Source of the DNA: a virus
Virus record (IMG/VR): IMGVR_UViG_3300024981_000016
Length of the DNA stretch: 52,616 nt
Reading direction: 5' to 3' (one strand)
The notes below the pieces were generated by a model. That model worked only from the letters and a program-made list of their open reading frames with translations. It made no database searches and was not told the origin of the DNA. The translations under genes and the position numbers were made by a program. This document shows, piece by piece, positions 1 through 7,435 of this stretch; position 1 is the stretch's first letter, and the number at the start of each line of letters is the position of its first letter.

Positions 1-127
1 CGCCTCAGGGGAAACGGTAGACTGGCCGCGATGCTCGCTTTTCAAGTCCAAGCAGCCCGAGCAGTCCGAGCAGTCCGAGCAGTCCGAGCAGTACGAGCAG
101 CGCGAGCAGCCCGAGCAGCCCGAGCAG
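1..127. repeat. Terminal overlap, copy 1 (identical to 52490-52616)
   Basis: Base-by-base identity of the first and last 127 nt of the window. Confidence 0.97.
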
Positions 128-441
128 TACGAGCAGCCCGAGCAGTCCGAGCAGTCCGAGCAGTCCGAGCAGTACGAGCAGCGCGAGCAGCCCGAGCAGC
201 CCGAGCAGTACGAGCAGCCCGAGCAGCCCGAGCAGCGCGAGCAGTCCGAGCAGCCCGAGCAGTCCGAGCAGTACGAGCAGCGCGAGCAGCCCGAGCAGCC
301 CGAGCAGCCCGAGCAGTACGAGCAGTTGGTACAATTGTCGCAGTTCTTGAGGCTATCGAGCGCCTTCTGCGCGGCTTCCTGTGACCCGAAATACTCTACG
401 GAGCACTTGTTGCCTCGGTCGTCGTTCAGCCAGTTCGTCAT
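1..441 (-). CDS. Cys-Ser-X tripeptide-repeat protein, 5' part. The gene wraps the circular junction and continues from 52489 down to 52175; 251 codons in total.
   Basis: ATG at 441-439 with GAGGA 7 nt upstream. The frame stays open through the whole 9-bp array and is in phase with ORF 52175..52540 once the ends are joined. N-terminus MTNWLNDDRGNKCSVEYFGSQEAAQKALDSLKNCDNCTNCSYCSGCS... Confidence 0.75.
   Translation of the reverse strand, partial: MTNWLNDDRGNKCSVEYFGSQEAAQKALDSLKNCDNCTNCSYCSGCSGCSGCSRCSYCSDCSGCSDCSRCSGCSGCSYCSGCSGCSRCSYCSDCSDCSDCSGCSYCSGCSGCSRCSYCSDCSDCSDCSGCLDLKSEHRGQSTVSPEA
50..328. repeat. Tandem array of 31 units of 9 bp, GAGCAGNNC on the plus strand (NN = TC, TA, CG, CC)
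   Basis: Counted units: degenerate first unit 50-58, then 29 perfect-core units 59-319, then degenerate last unit 320-328. Units 2-10 (59-139) and 11-19 (140-220) are an exact 81-bp duplication. Confidence 0.97.
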
Positions 442-465
442 GTTCGTATCCTCGTTGAATTGGTG

Positions 466-810
466 TCAGGCGCAGACCAGAAGGTTACGCGGCCGCTCAA
501 ACTCGATCCCGCGCGCCGCCATGCGCTCCTCAGATTCCGAGATGCGGCGGACCGTGGCGAGATAGCCGGCCAGACGTGCCGGCAGCGTCGCCTTGGCGTT
601 CGCCACGTCACGCGAATATCGGCCCTCGGCGATGGTGCGCTGCTTGACCTGAATGAAGAGGATCGCGTCATCGACTTGGCGCACTGATCCGCGCCATGCG
701 TCGACAAGGCGCTCGTCCGCCGGGACAGAAGGCGGAAGCAGCGGGGGCCGGGACAGGCTCGTGAGAGTGCCGGTCATGTCGGAGAAGGTCTGGTGGAGGG
801 AAGCGTTCAT
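466..810 (-). CDS. Hypothetical early protein
   Basis: ORF track 466..813. ATG at 810 overlaps the upstream stop (TGATG); alternative GTG at 813. Sits in a tight minus-strand operon. Confidence 0.65.
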   Translation of the reverse strand: MNASLHQTFSDMTGTLTSLSRPPLLPPSVPADERLVDAWRGSVRQVDDAILFIQVKQRTIAEGRYSRDVANAKATLPARLAGYLATVRRISESEERMAARGIEFERPRNLLVCA

Positions 811-1148
811 CACGCAGCTTCCTCGACAGGGGCCGCGTCAGCGCTCCAGCTAGCAACGCCGTTGATCCAATCGTCCATTCGGGTCGAGCCGTCCGCGTAT
901 TTCCACTCATGGCGCTGGAACCAGCGAAGGCCGTCGAACTGCTGCCAGATGCGATAGGCAACGAAGCCGCCATGCGGCAGGGACGGATACCAAGGGCCAT
1001 CGGCACACTTGCACCAATCCGTGACCCGCGTTCCTGTCTGCCGTTCCATCTCCCTCTCCATCCTCTCCCGCCTGCCGAGGCTCTGCGGGTGTTTCGCCAC
1101 CTCGGGCAGGCCGATGCGTGGCTGGTGTTCAGTGAGCGGAATATGCAT
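810..1148 (-). CDS. Hypothetical protein, first gene of the early-left operon (start uncertain)
   Basis: ORF track 810..1160. The ATG at 1148 lies inside an operator and upstream of the predicted -10, so the internal ATGs at 1061 or 1049, each preceded by a GGGAG-type purine run, may be the true start. Confidence 0.6.
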   Translation of the reverse strand: MHIPLTEHQPRIGLPEVAKHPQSLGRRERMEREMERQTGTRVTDWCKCADGPWYPSLPHGGFVAYRIWQQFDGLRWFQRHEWKYADGSTRMDDWINGVASWSADAAPVEEAA

Positions 1149-1168
1149 TATGCATACCAAGGTGTCAA
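1140..1168 (-). promoter_or_regulatory. Predicted sigma70-type early-left promoter (-35 TTGACA, 17-bp spacer, -10 CATATT)
   Basis: Minus-strand TTGACA at 1168-1163 and CATATT at 1145-1140. Overlapped by an operator motif. Confidence 0.5.
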
Positions 1169-1191
1169 GCAGTAATGTGCAAAAAGCATAT
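1141..1191. promoter_or_regulatory. Two 17-bp operator-like inverted repeats (ATATGC-N5-GCATAC at 1141-1157; ATGTGC-N5-GCATAT at 1175-1191)
   Basis: Same ATRTGC-N5-GCATAT motif as in the cI/cro intergenic region (3621-3684). Located between divergent genes. Confidence 0.6.
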
Positions 1192-1215
1192 TATTTTTGA
1201 CATCGCCCCCTATCC

Positions 1216-1797
1216 ATGGGAGAAAGGGTCGAATCACCGTTGTGGTTGACGATGAAAATTCAGCGCGACGATTTCCCTGCAATGGCCGCCCTCTATCGGG
1301 AGGGAGCTACCCTTCAACAGATTGGTGAAAGGTACGGGATTTCGCGCGAGCGCGTGCGACAGGTCATTCGCGGAAAGTTTGGGCTAGGACACCGGCTCGA
1401 CGGCCGCTCGGCTCGGTCTCGTCATACGCAGGAGGGCATGGCCGCGACGCGCGACGCGCGACTGCTGGAAAAATACGGCTGCACAAAAGAGCAATATGCC
1501 AGTTTGATTAAAATTGGTCGTCGCATGACGGAAAGCGGCGTTCCATTTTGCAGAACGCCTACTGGTGCCTGGCATTCACAGCGCCGTACCGCCATGAGAA
1601 GAAATATCCCATGGGAGATCAGCCTGTGGGATTGGTGGATGGTCTAGAAGGTTTCTGGAAAGTGGCAACAGCGCGGACGTGGCCGAGGCTATATGATGTG
1701 CCGCATTGGCGACCGGGGGCCATATTCGATTGACAATGTCTATATCGCAACAGGGTCGCATAATGCGGCCTTGAGGCACGATCTGCGTAATTGATGG
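1216..1797 (+). pseudogene. HTH (sigma-70 region 4-like) plus HNH_3-like C-terminal region, interrupted by an in-frame TAG at 1645-1647
   Basis: ORF 1216..1647 ends ...NIPWEISLWDWWMV*. The same frame continues KVSGKWQQRGRGRGYMMCRIGDRGPYSIDNVYIATGSHNAALRHDLRN to a TGA at 1795-1797. The HTH is ATLQQIGERYGISRERVRQV. Confidence 0.6.
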
Positions 1798-1800
1798 CGC

Positions 1801-1828
1801 CGAAAAGCAAGAAGCCCCCGCTGGGGGC
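1801..1828 (-). terminator. Rho-independent terminator for the minus-strand 2638-to-2232 transcript
   Basis: Minus strand reads GCCCCC-AGC-GGGGGC followed by TTCTTGCTTTTCG. Confidence 0.6.
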
Positions 1829-2231
1829 GAGGGCTTCGAGGTCGCGTCAGGGCGTGAAGAATGGCTGCTATACCGAATAGGCACAGGGCCACATTCAGCC
1901 TAACCGTGACGGTCACAGTGGTGCGTTCCCACATAGGGATTGCCCTTTCTGGACCACGCCGGCGCAGCCCATACGGGTTGCGGTCAAGCGCACCATCGAA
2001 GGTCTTAACCCGGCCTTCATGGCAGCATCGGTCCGCCTCTGGCTGAGCGCTCAGCTTTTGGCGGCCCTGTGCGGACCCGGAATGCCGACGCGGTTGGCCA
2101 CGCGGACTCCGTGCCGGTTCCGGCACAGGCTGCGGTCGTCTTCCTGGCGTTCTCCCGATTTCCAGTCGGGCGCTAGGCAGGGGCCGCAGCCTGATACCAT
2201 CATGCCGAGGCGAACCTGTCTATGCTCGTGG

Positions 2232-2456
2232 CTACACCTTAAACCGCTTCCCTTTGAGGCTTCTCGGTTTCAGCGTCTCGGCGGCCTCATGGGCATCCGC
2301 CAGGACCTTGATCCAAGCGCCGGCCTTCACTGGGATTTCCAGTTCGCCATCGAGCCAGCCACCGATCAACGACACGTCGCAGCCGAAACACCGCGCCAGC
2401 GTGTCCGGCGACCAGCGGATGATGGATAGGCATTCGTCAAGCCGTTCGGGGGTCAT
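2232..2456 (-). CDS. Hypothetical small protein, possibly DNA-binding
   Basis: ORF track. ATGA overlap with the upstream RHH gene. Confidence 0.65.
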   Translation of the reverse strand: MTPERLDECLSIIRWSPDTLARCFGCDVSLIGGWLDGELEIPVKAGAWIKVLADAHEAAETLKPRSLKGKRFKV

Positions 2457-2638
2457 GCCTGGCCAACCGTCTCGCTGTCCTCGTCCGCCTCGACAATCTC
2501 GATATGCCCTAGCGAGATCAGCGCATCCCGTAGCATCTCGGCGGCCGTATCCTCCAAGCTTCGCTCCATCTCATTCGCGGCTCGGCGGAGACCGATGGAT
2601 ATGTCAGTAGGGAGGGTGAGGGCGAGTTTCATGCCCAC
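2453..2638 (-). CDS. Ribbon-helix-helix (CopG/Arc-like) protein
   Basis: MKLALTLPTDISIGLRRAANEMERSLEDTAAEMLRDAL fits an RHH beta-alpha-alpha pattern. Start is GTG 2638 or ATG 2632. Confidence 0.6.
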   Translation of the reverse strand: MGMKLALTLPTDISIGLRRAANEMERSLEDTAAEMLRDALISLGHIEIVEADEDSETVGQA

Positions 2639-2791
2639 ATCTTGTCAAGAATCGTGGTCAAAGTCGCCTTCCTCCTGAAGGTACTTGTCAGGAGCCTCGC
2701 CTAGCGGATACCCGTGCCTCTCATTGACTCTCTTGACAAGGAGGATTTTCCTAAGAGCGCGAATAAAACGAGAACGCCACGGGAGGCGAGT

Positions 2792-3043
2792 ATGAGTGCA
2801 ATGTTTGTGGTCCAGTCCTTCACCGCCGGAAAGGGTGGGCGCCTCCAGCCCGACAGCCCTATCCAAGCACAGAATACCAGCCATGCCCGAGCCATTGCTC
2901 AACGGCTAGCCATCCGCAAGGCGCTTGTCGTGGCCTTCCAACGTGAAGGCAACCCGAAGACCGGAGAGTACGAGGACGCGAAGCTGATCGACGCGTTCGG
3001 GGCCGATATCCCGGAGGAACTCCGCGAAATGGATCGGGTCTAG
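2792..3043 (+). CDS. Hypothetical protein
   Basis: ATG 2792 with GGGAGG 5 nt upstream. This is the internal start of ORF 2714..3043. Confidence 0.65.
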   Translation: MSAMFVVQSFTAGKGGRLQPDSPIQAQNTSHARAIAQRLAIRKALVVAFQREGNPKTGEYEDAKLIDAFGADIPEELREMDRV

Positions 3044-3060
3044 CCGGGTGCGGGGCGGAA

Positions 3061-3285
3061 ATGGCTATCAGTCACAGGATCAGGCCGCGTTACGCGAGCA
3101 AGAATGAGGAAATCGTCGCGAAACTGCGGGAGGCGGCCGGAGCTGGGCCGCCGATCGATCCGGTTATGGCAGCGAAAAAGAAGTTTGCCGAGGCGGCTAT
3201 TTTGTTGGCTCTGGCTCACGGCGGGAACTGGCGGGTTCAATTTGAGCCGGAGAACGGTCTGGCTCAAGTAGTTCGGCGTCTTTGA
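3061..3285 (+). CDS. Hypothetical protein
   Basis: ORF track. Its 3' end overlaps the repressor 3' end convergently by 89 nt. Confidence 0.5.
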   Translation: MAISHRIRPRYASKNEEIVAKLREAAGAGPPIDPVMAAKKKFAEAAILLALAHGGNWRVQFEPENGLAQVVRRL

Positions 3286-3619
3286 TATAGCCGTCGATTG
3301 ATCTCCAGAGCGGCTGGAGGGCTGCCTCAGGCAGCTTATCAATGCGGCTCAAAAGTTCCTTGACGGCTTCCTCGCCGGACACTTTCTCGAAAGGTCCGGT
3401 TGGACCCTCCCCGGTAAGAAGCCACGCCTCGCTTACCCTGAAAGCCTTGGCGTATTTTGCGGCGGCGCGAGGGATGCCTCGTATGCCCTGCTCGTGCTGA
3501 ATGTAGGTCTCGTATTTCCAATCAAAAAAGCGGGCAGCATCTTTCGCAGTCCGGAAACCGCGGTCAATACGGGCCCTTTCCAGTCGTTTTGCGAAACTCG
3601 GTCGATCATCAAATGCCAT
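3197..3619 (-). CDS. cI-like XRE-family HTH repressor with no S24 peptidase domain
   Basis: MAFDDRPSFAKRLERARIDRGFRTAKDAARFFDWKYETYIQHEQGIRGI is an XRE-type HTH. Divergent from a cro-like gene across an operator-rich spacer. ATG at 3619. Confidence 0.8.
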   Translation of the reverse strand: MAFDDRPSFAKRLERARIDRGFRTAKDAARFFDWKYETYIQHEQGIRGIPRAAAKYAKAFRVSEAWLLTGEGPTGPFEKVSGEEAVKELLSRIDKLPEAALQPLWRSIDGYIKDAELLEPDRSPAQIEPASSRREPEPTK

Positions 3620-3620
3620 G

Positions 3621-3693
3621 ATATGCATTTTGCATGGTATCGATATGCATTTCGACTTGACTACGTGATGTGCATAACGCATATTACGCGACC
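3621..3693. promoter_or_regulatory. Immunity switch region: three operator-like sites (3621-3637, 3643-3659 half-site only, 3668-3684) and a rightward promoter (-35 TTGACT 3657-3662, -10 CATATT 3680-3685)
   Basis: Repeated ATRTGC-N5-GCAT motif. The 17-bp promoter spacer is overlapped by the third operator. The -10 ends 8 nt before the cro-like ATG. Confidence 0.6.
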
Positions 3694-3888
3694 ATGAGCG
3701 ATATCGACGTCAAGCAAATCCGCGCCGACCGCGGCATCACGCAAAAGGAACTGGCCGATCTTGTCGGCGTGAATCTTTCGACCGTTTGGCGGTGGGAGAA
3801 CGGACATTCTCCGCGCGGCACGGCTCTGCGCCTACTTGAAAATCTGTCGGCATCGGCCACCTCCGGGCCAGATCGGGTAGCCCCATGA
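3694..3888 (+). CDS. Cro-like XRE-family HTH regulator
   Basis: MSDIDVKQIRADRGITQKELADLVGVNLSTVWRWENG. First gene of the rightward operon. Confidence 0.8.
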   Translation: MSDIDVKQIRADRGITQKELADLVGVNLSTVWRWENGHSPRGTALRLLENLSASATSGPDRVAP

Positions 3889-4010
3889 CCATCATCGGCC
3901 TCCCCGGCGACCGCTGGCTCGCTTTCATCCCCGGCATAGGCACGATTCAAGGCAGCGGCCGCGATGAGGTTTTGCGCGAGGCAGCGCGCAGACGGGCGAG
4001 GGCGGCATGA
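3885..4010 (+). CDS. Small hypothetical protein (41 aa)
   Basis: ATGA overlaps at both ends. Hand translation MTIIGLPGDRWLAFIPGIGTIQGSGRDEVLREAARRRARAA. Confidence 0.4.
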   Translation: MTIIGLPGDRWLAFIPGIGTIQGSGRDEVLREAARRRARAA

Positions 4011-4111
4011 GCGTCTGGCTTGCCCAGCCCGTAGACGGTGAGTTCATCGCGATCCTCGCGGCGGTCATGGCCGCGTTTCTCGCCGGCACATGGGCGGGGA
4101 GGCGCTCGTGA
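4007..4111 (+). CDS. Small hydrophobic protein (34 aa)
   Basis: ATGA and GTGA coupling. MSVWLAQPVDGEFIAILAAVMAAFLAGTWAGRRS has one hydrophobic segment. Confidence 0.4.
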   Translation: MSVWLAQPVDGEFIAILAAVMAAFLAGTWAGRRS

Positions 4112-4371
4112 CAATCATCCACTCCATATTCCCCAATCCGCAAGAGCCGACCTCCTCCCCGGCAAATGCGGATAAGGCCGGCGAGGCGCTGGATCCTCCC
4201 CGTAACGCCTCGCCGGCCGCCATTCCTCTGACGCCGAAATATGCGATCTGCCCTTACACGGTTCGCGTCCCCAACCGGCTCTCCATCAATGCGACCTTCC
4301 ACAACGAAGGTTCCGCGTTCCATCCGGTCTCGCTGGCGCATCTCTCAATTCAGCGGAGGGCGATGTCGTGA
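4108..4371 (+). CDS. Hypothetical protein
   Basis: ORF track 4090..4371. The GTG at 4108 overlaps the upstream stop. Confidence 0.5.
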   Translation: MTIIHSIFPNPQEPTSSPANADKAGEALDPPRNASPAAIPLTPKYAICPYTVRVPNRLSINATFHNEGSAFHPVSLAHLSIQRRAMS

Positions 4372-4676
4372 GCATCACCCGCGTCCGCGCTGGCTCATTT
4401 TCGTTCCAATGCGTGAATGGTTGCGGGCCGGCATCTGGCAGGGACACGGCCTGCCGGCCCGCTGTCAGCCGGTACGGTCGGCTGATCTGCAATAGGTTCG
4501 GGCCTCTCGCCCGGGGTCTTTTTCGCGCGTCGAATGCTTTCCAGGGCTCTGCGCGCGGCCTGTCCGATTTGTTCCGGTCCTTTCTGTCTGCGGTTCGTCA
4601 TGAACGAAACCATGACGGAAGGATCATCGGAAATGTCCGAAATTCGAGTGGAGAAATCCGAAATGTTGAGCGTTGA
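4368..4676 (+). CDS. Doubtful hypothetical ORF
   Basis: GTGA coupling and higher third-position GC than the antisense ORF 4395..4820, but the product is Arg-rich and low-complexity. Confidence 0.3.
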   Translation: MSITRVRAGSFSFQCVNGCGPASGRDTACRPAVSRYGRLICNRFGPLARGLFRASNAFQGSARGLSDLFRSFLSAVRHERNHDGRIIGNVRNSSGEIRNVER

Positions 4677-5010
4677 GTTTGCGCAGTACGCTCTACGCGC
4701 CCATGTCGCCCCGGCATCGCTTGGGTCAGTAAAGACACGGCTGCGCCATGCCGCCCGGAGGCTCAAATGGACAGCGAACCGTACCAAGGACACTTGGTAC
4801 GCCGACCCCCGCATCTCCATTAGCGCCGACGAAATCCGTCAAATCGAAGAACTCACGGGACTGCGCTATGGCCGCGAAGAACTCCGCTCCGTCGAGCAAC
4901 TCATCAGCCAAGCCGACGCTCTCCTTATGGGCACGGACGAGGATTTTCATCGGCCGTTCCTTACTGCGCTCCGCGCGGTGGCTCGCCTTGCTGATCGCAC
5001 CAGAACTTAA
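4633..5010 (+). CDS. Hypothetical protein
   Basis: ORF track 4534..5010. ATG 4633 has GGAAGGA upstream; alternative starts at 4600 and 4663. Confidence 0.6.
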   Translation: MSEIRVEKSEMLSVEFAQYALRAHVAPASLGSVKTRLRHAARRLKWTANRTKDTWYADPRISISADEIRQIEELTGLRYGREELRSVEQLISQADALLMGTDEDFHRPFLTALRAVARLADRTRT

Positions 5011-5021
5011 AGGAGGATGAA

Positions 5022-5354
5022 ATGAACACCCACGTCACCGAACGCGAACTAGCCGATGCCGTCGAGGCCGATCTGGCGGGCTACCGCCTGTCGGAACCGG
5101 AGACCTACGCAGACTGGCACCGGAGGGAAATGGCGGAGAAGAAGCAACTCATCGCTCGGCATAAGCGCGATCTCAAGTTGGCAAAGGCTCGCGCCAAGGA
5201 TGGTCGGAAGGCGGCGAGGGAAGCGTGTGCGGCAGAACTCGACCGGATCGCGGCCGAGGAAGCCGCAGCGGAAGAATACACCGCATCCGCCGTCGCTCAC
5301 GCTACCGGACTGCTGACCTACCACCAGACCGCGCTCGACGCGCTGCCGGAGTGA
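5022..5354 (+). CDS. Hypothetical charged/coiled protein
   Basis: AAAGGAGG upstream of the ATG. ORF track. Confidence 0.7.
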   Translation: MNTHVTERELADAVEADLAGYRLSEPETYADWHRREMAEKKQLIARHKRDLKLAKARAKDGRKAAREACAAELDRIAAEEAAAEEYTASAVAHATGLLTYHQTALDALPE

Positions 5355-5363
5355 GGCAGTGCA

Positions 5364-5615
5364 ATGCGGCAGAAGAAGCCCAAGACCATCCCAGTCCGCG
5401 TCCAACGCCTCGCCTCCGCCTGTAGGGGGGGGCAGACGGTCGTTTTGACTTTCGGCCAAGGTGCCTCATCAGAGCCAACCTACTGCCTCAACCCGAGCGG
5501 CAAGCCGGTTGGGCAATGGACGTTTCGGCGCGCGTTGGCGCTAGGGCTTATCTCTCCGGTCGGGGATGGTCTGTTCCCCGGAGCCGAAAGCCAGACGTAC
5601 AGGGCGGCGCTGTAG
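5364..5615 (+). CDS. Hypothetical protein
   Basis: ORF track, same operon. Confidence 0.6.
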   Translation: MRQKKPKTIPVRVQRLASACRGGQTVVLTFGQGASSEPTYCLNPSGKPVGQWTFRRALALGLISPVGDGLFPGAESQTYRAAL

Positions 5616-5616
5616 G

Positions 5617-6162
5617 ATGACTCTTCTCGCTGTCGATCCGGGTATCAGCAATGGCTTGGCGGTCATCAATGACGCGCGGGAGCTGTTGCTCGCTACGGAA
5701 ATTCCAGTGATCGGGGAGGGCGCCCATAGGCGTCTCAACCTCACGTCCTTTGCCGACATCATCACGCAGTTTCATGTGATGCGTGCCGTCATCGAGGACG
5801 TTGCAGCCCGTCCGGGGCAGGGCGTTTCATCCATGTTCCGGTTCGGTCGAGCAACTGGCGCTCTGGAAGGAGCGCTCGCCGCGCTGAAAATCCCGACAAC
5901 CTTTGTCTCGCCCGCCCGCTGGAAAAAGGACCTCGGCGCCAAGGCGAAGCAGGACGAAGACATCCGCGCGCTGGCGATCCAGACCTGGCCGACCATGGCG
6001 CATCGGTTCGCGCGCAAGGCTGATCATAACCGTGCCGAAGCGGCGCTGATCGGGCTGTGGGCGCTTCAACATTCCGGAATTCGTGTGGCGGAGCAAAATA
6101 TCAAGCCAATCCCCTCCGGTTCTCGCGTCTTCGTAGGAGGAGAAGGATGGCGCACGCTGTGA
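5617..6162 (+). CDS. ruvC: RuvC-like Holliday junction resolvase
   Basis: LLAVDPGISNGLAV, AVIEDV and ADHNRAEAALIG match the RuvC acidic catalytic motifs. ATG 5617. Confidence 0.75.
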   Translation: MTLLAVDPGISNGLAVINDARELLLATEIPVIGEGAHRRLNLTSFADIITQFHVMRAVIEDVAARPGQGVSSMFRFGRATGALEGALAALKIPTTFVSPARWKKDLGAKAKQDEDIRALAIQTWPTMAHRFARKADHNRAEAALIGLWALQHSGIRVAEQNIKPIPSGSRVFVGGEGWRTL

Positions 6163-6905
6163 ACAACCCCTTCGAGAAATTCGGCATCGAACATATCAGT
6201 GTGTCCCAGCTCAACACATGGGCGGCCGCGCCTGGGGTGTACGTGCTCGAAAGACTGTTGGGCCATAAAACACCGGTCGGCGCAGCCGCACATCGCGGCA
6301 CGGCTGTGGAGGCTGGCGTAATCGCCGGCTTAATGGGGGCTCCTATCAACGAGGCGATCGATATCGCCAACGCCGCGTTTACCGAGAAAACGGCTCTTTC
6401 GGCCGACCCCCGAAGAGACAAAGAACGCGAGGGCCTCGCCGGCATGGTTGAGCAGGGCATCTCTCTCCTTTCCCCGTGGGGGAAGCCGGATCGTACCCAA
6501 GTCCGCAAGCTGTGGCACATGGAGGGCATAGCGGTTCCGGTGCTGGGGTTCTCCGATGCTGAGTATGACCAGCATGGTCTTCTTATTGATCTGAAGACGA
6601 CGCACGCGCTTCCCACTTCAATAAAGACCGGGCACGCCCGGCAGGTGGCATCCTACCTCGGGTCCGGCGCAAATATCGCGGGCGGAGTCGCCTACGTAAC
6701 CCCGAAAAAAGCCGCGCTCTACCGGCTGGAGAACGCCGGCGCTCATGTCGCGGCGCTCACCCGCATGGCGCATTCGCTCCAGAATTTCCTTGCCCGCGTA
6801 TCCACACCGGACGAAGCGGCAAGCCTCCTTACCGTCGATACGGAAAGCTATTTCCTTGCGGACCCCAGGGCTCGTCAATCGGCATTCGAGGTGTTTGGCG
6901 TATGA
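6147..6905 (+). CDS. PD-(D/E)XK (RecB/Cas4-like) nuclease family protein
   Basis: [18 protein letters not shown] (D...D-x-K) followed by [10 protein letters not shown] (Q-x-x-x-Y). AGGAGGAG upstream of ATG 6147. Confidence 0.6.
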   Translation: MAHAVNNPFEKFGIEHISVSQLNTWAAAPGVYVLERLLGHKTPVGAAAHRGTAVEAGVIAGLMGAPINEAIDIANAAFTEKTALSADPRRDKEREGLAGMVEQGISLLSPWGKPDRTQVRKLWHMEGIAVPVLGFSDAEYDQHGLLIDLKTTHALPTSIKTGHARQVASYLGSGANIAGGVAYVTPKKAALYRLENAGAHVAALTRMAHSLQNFLARVSTPDEAASLLTVDTESYFLADPRARQSAFEVFGV

Positions 6906-7369
6906 AACATATTCCACTCACGCAGGGCCTCCACGCCATTGTTGACGACAGAGACTTCGAAAGTCTGTCTCAACGAAAATGGTTTGCCGCCAGAGATAAG
7001 CGCGGACTCGTTTACGCACGAACCAAGATTGATGGTCGCGCAGTAGGGATGCACCGCTTAATTTTGGGCACACCCAAAGGCATTCAAGTTGATCACAAAA
7101 ACAGAGATACGCTCGATAATAGGCGGAGCAATATTCGCCCAGCAACTTCTCAGCAGAACAACGCAAACAAGAGTTTTCAGTCATCGCGGTGGGGGTATCG
7201 GGGTGTGTTCAAGAACCCCTCCATGCGCTCGTTTGGTGCACAAATCCGAGTTAATCGCAAGCACATCTATTTGGGCACTTTCCCCACAATAGAGGAAGCA
7301 GCACGCGCGTACGACGCAGCGGCGGCTAAGCATTTTGGGGAGTTCGCTTCGCTGAACTTCCCCGTCTGA
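6902..7369 (+). CDS. HNH (HNH_3) plus AP2-domain homing-type endonuclease
   Basis: [24 protein letters not shown], then YRGV...[39 protein letters not shown]. Confidence 0.85.
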   Translation: MKHIPLTQGLHAIVDDRDFESLSQRKWFAARDKRGLVYARTKIDGRAVGMHRLILGTPKGIQVDHKNRDTLDNRRSNIRPATSQQNNANKSFQSSRWGYRGVFKNPSMRSFGAQIRVNRKHIYLGTFPTIEEAARAYDAAAAKHFGEFASLNFPV

Positions 7370-7435
7370 ATTCCCGAAGGGAATAGCATGCCGGCAGCTA
7401 GATGCCGGCGCGACGCGCAAAGCGCAGAAAGGTAC

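Noticed and set aside
50-328. The tandem array as a CRISPR array or as replication iterons
   Set aside because: The units are contiguous 9-mers with no spacers, so this is not CRISPR. The array lies wholly inside a coupled ORF and far from the initiator gene, and a better iteron cluster exists at 10305-10435.
5-384. ORFs 5..334 (minus, Leu/Gly-rich LLGLLG...) and 31..384 (plus, AAR/AVR-rich) across the 9-bp array
   Set aside because: They are alternative frames of the same tandem repeat, and every frame is open there. Neither has a convincing SD-ATG or operon coupling. The minus frame starting at ATG 441 has both and joins in phase to the conserved C-terminal domain at 52175-52540.
1740-2230. 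ORFs 1740..2126, 1576..1884 and 1619..1810 (minus) and 1861..2046 (plus), plus short hand-found ORFs, in the gap between the HNH-like gene and the 74-aa gene
   Set aside because: The largest one reads straight through the minus-strand terminator hairpin at 1801-1828 and into the antisense of the HNH-like region. None has a good RBS. The roughly 400-nt 3' region of the minus transcript may be non-coding or may hold a peptide of 50 aa or less, which I cannot support.
2645-2902. 85-aa minus-strand ORF across the 2639-2791 divergent control region
   Set aside because: It overlaps the SD-supported start of the plus-strand gene at 2792 and would leave no promoter space for either operon.
4395-4820. 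141-aa minus-strand ORF inside the early-right operon. Its internal part MTNRRQKGPEQIGQAARRALESIRRAKK... looks protein-like.
   Set aside because: It overlaps the well-supported plus-strand gene 4633-5010, and its third-position GC is lower than that of the plus frame. I kept only a low-confidence plus-strand call for 4368-4676, and the region remains ambiguous.
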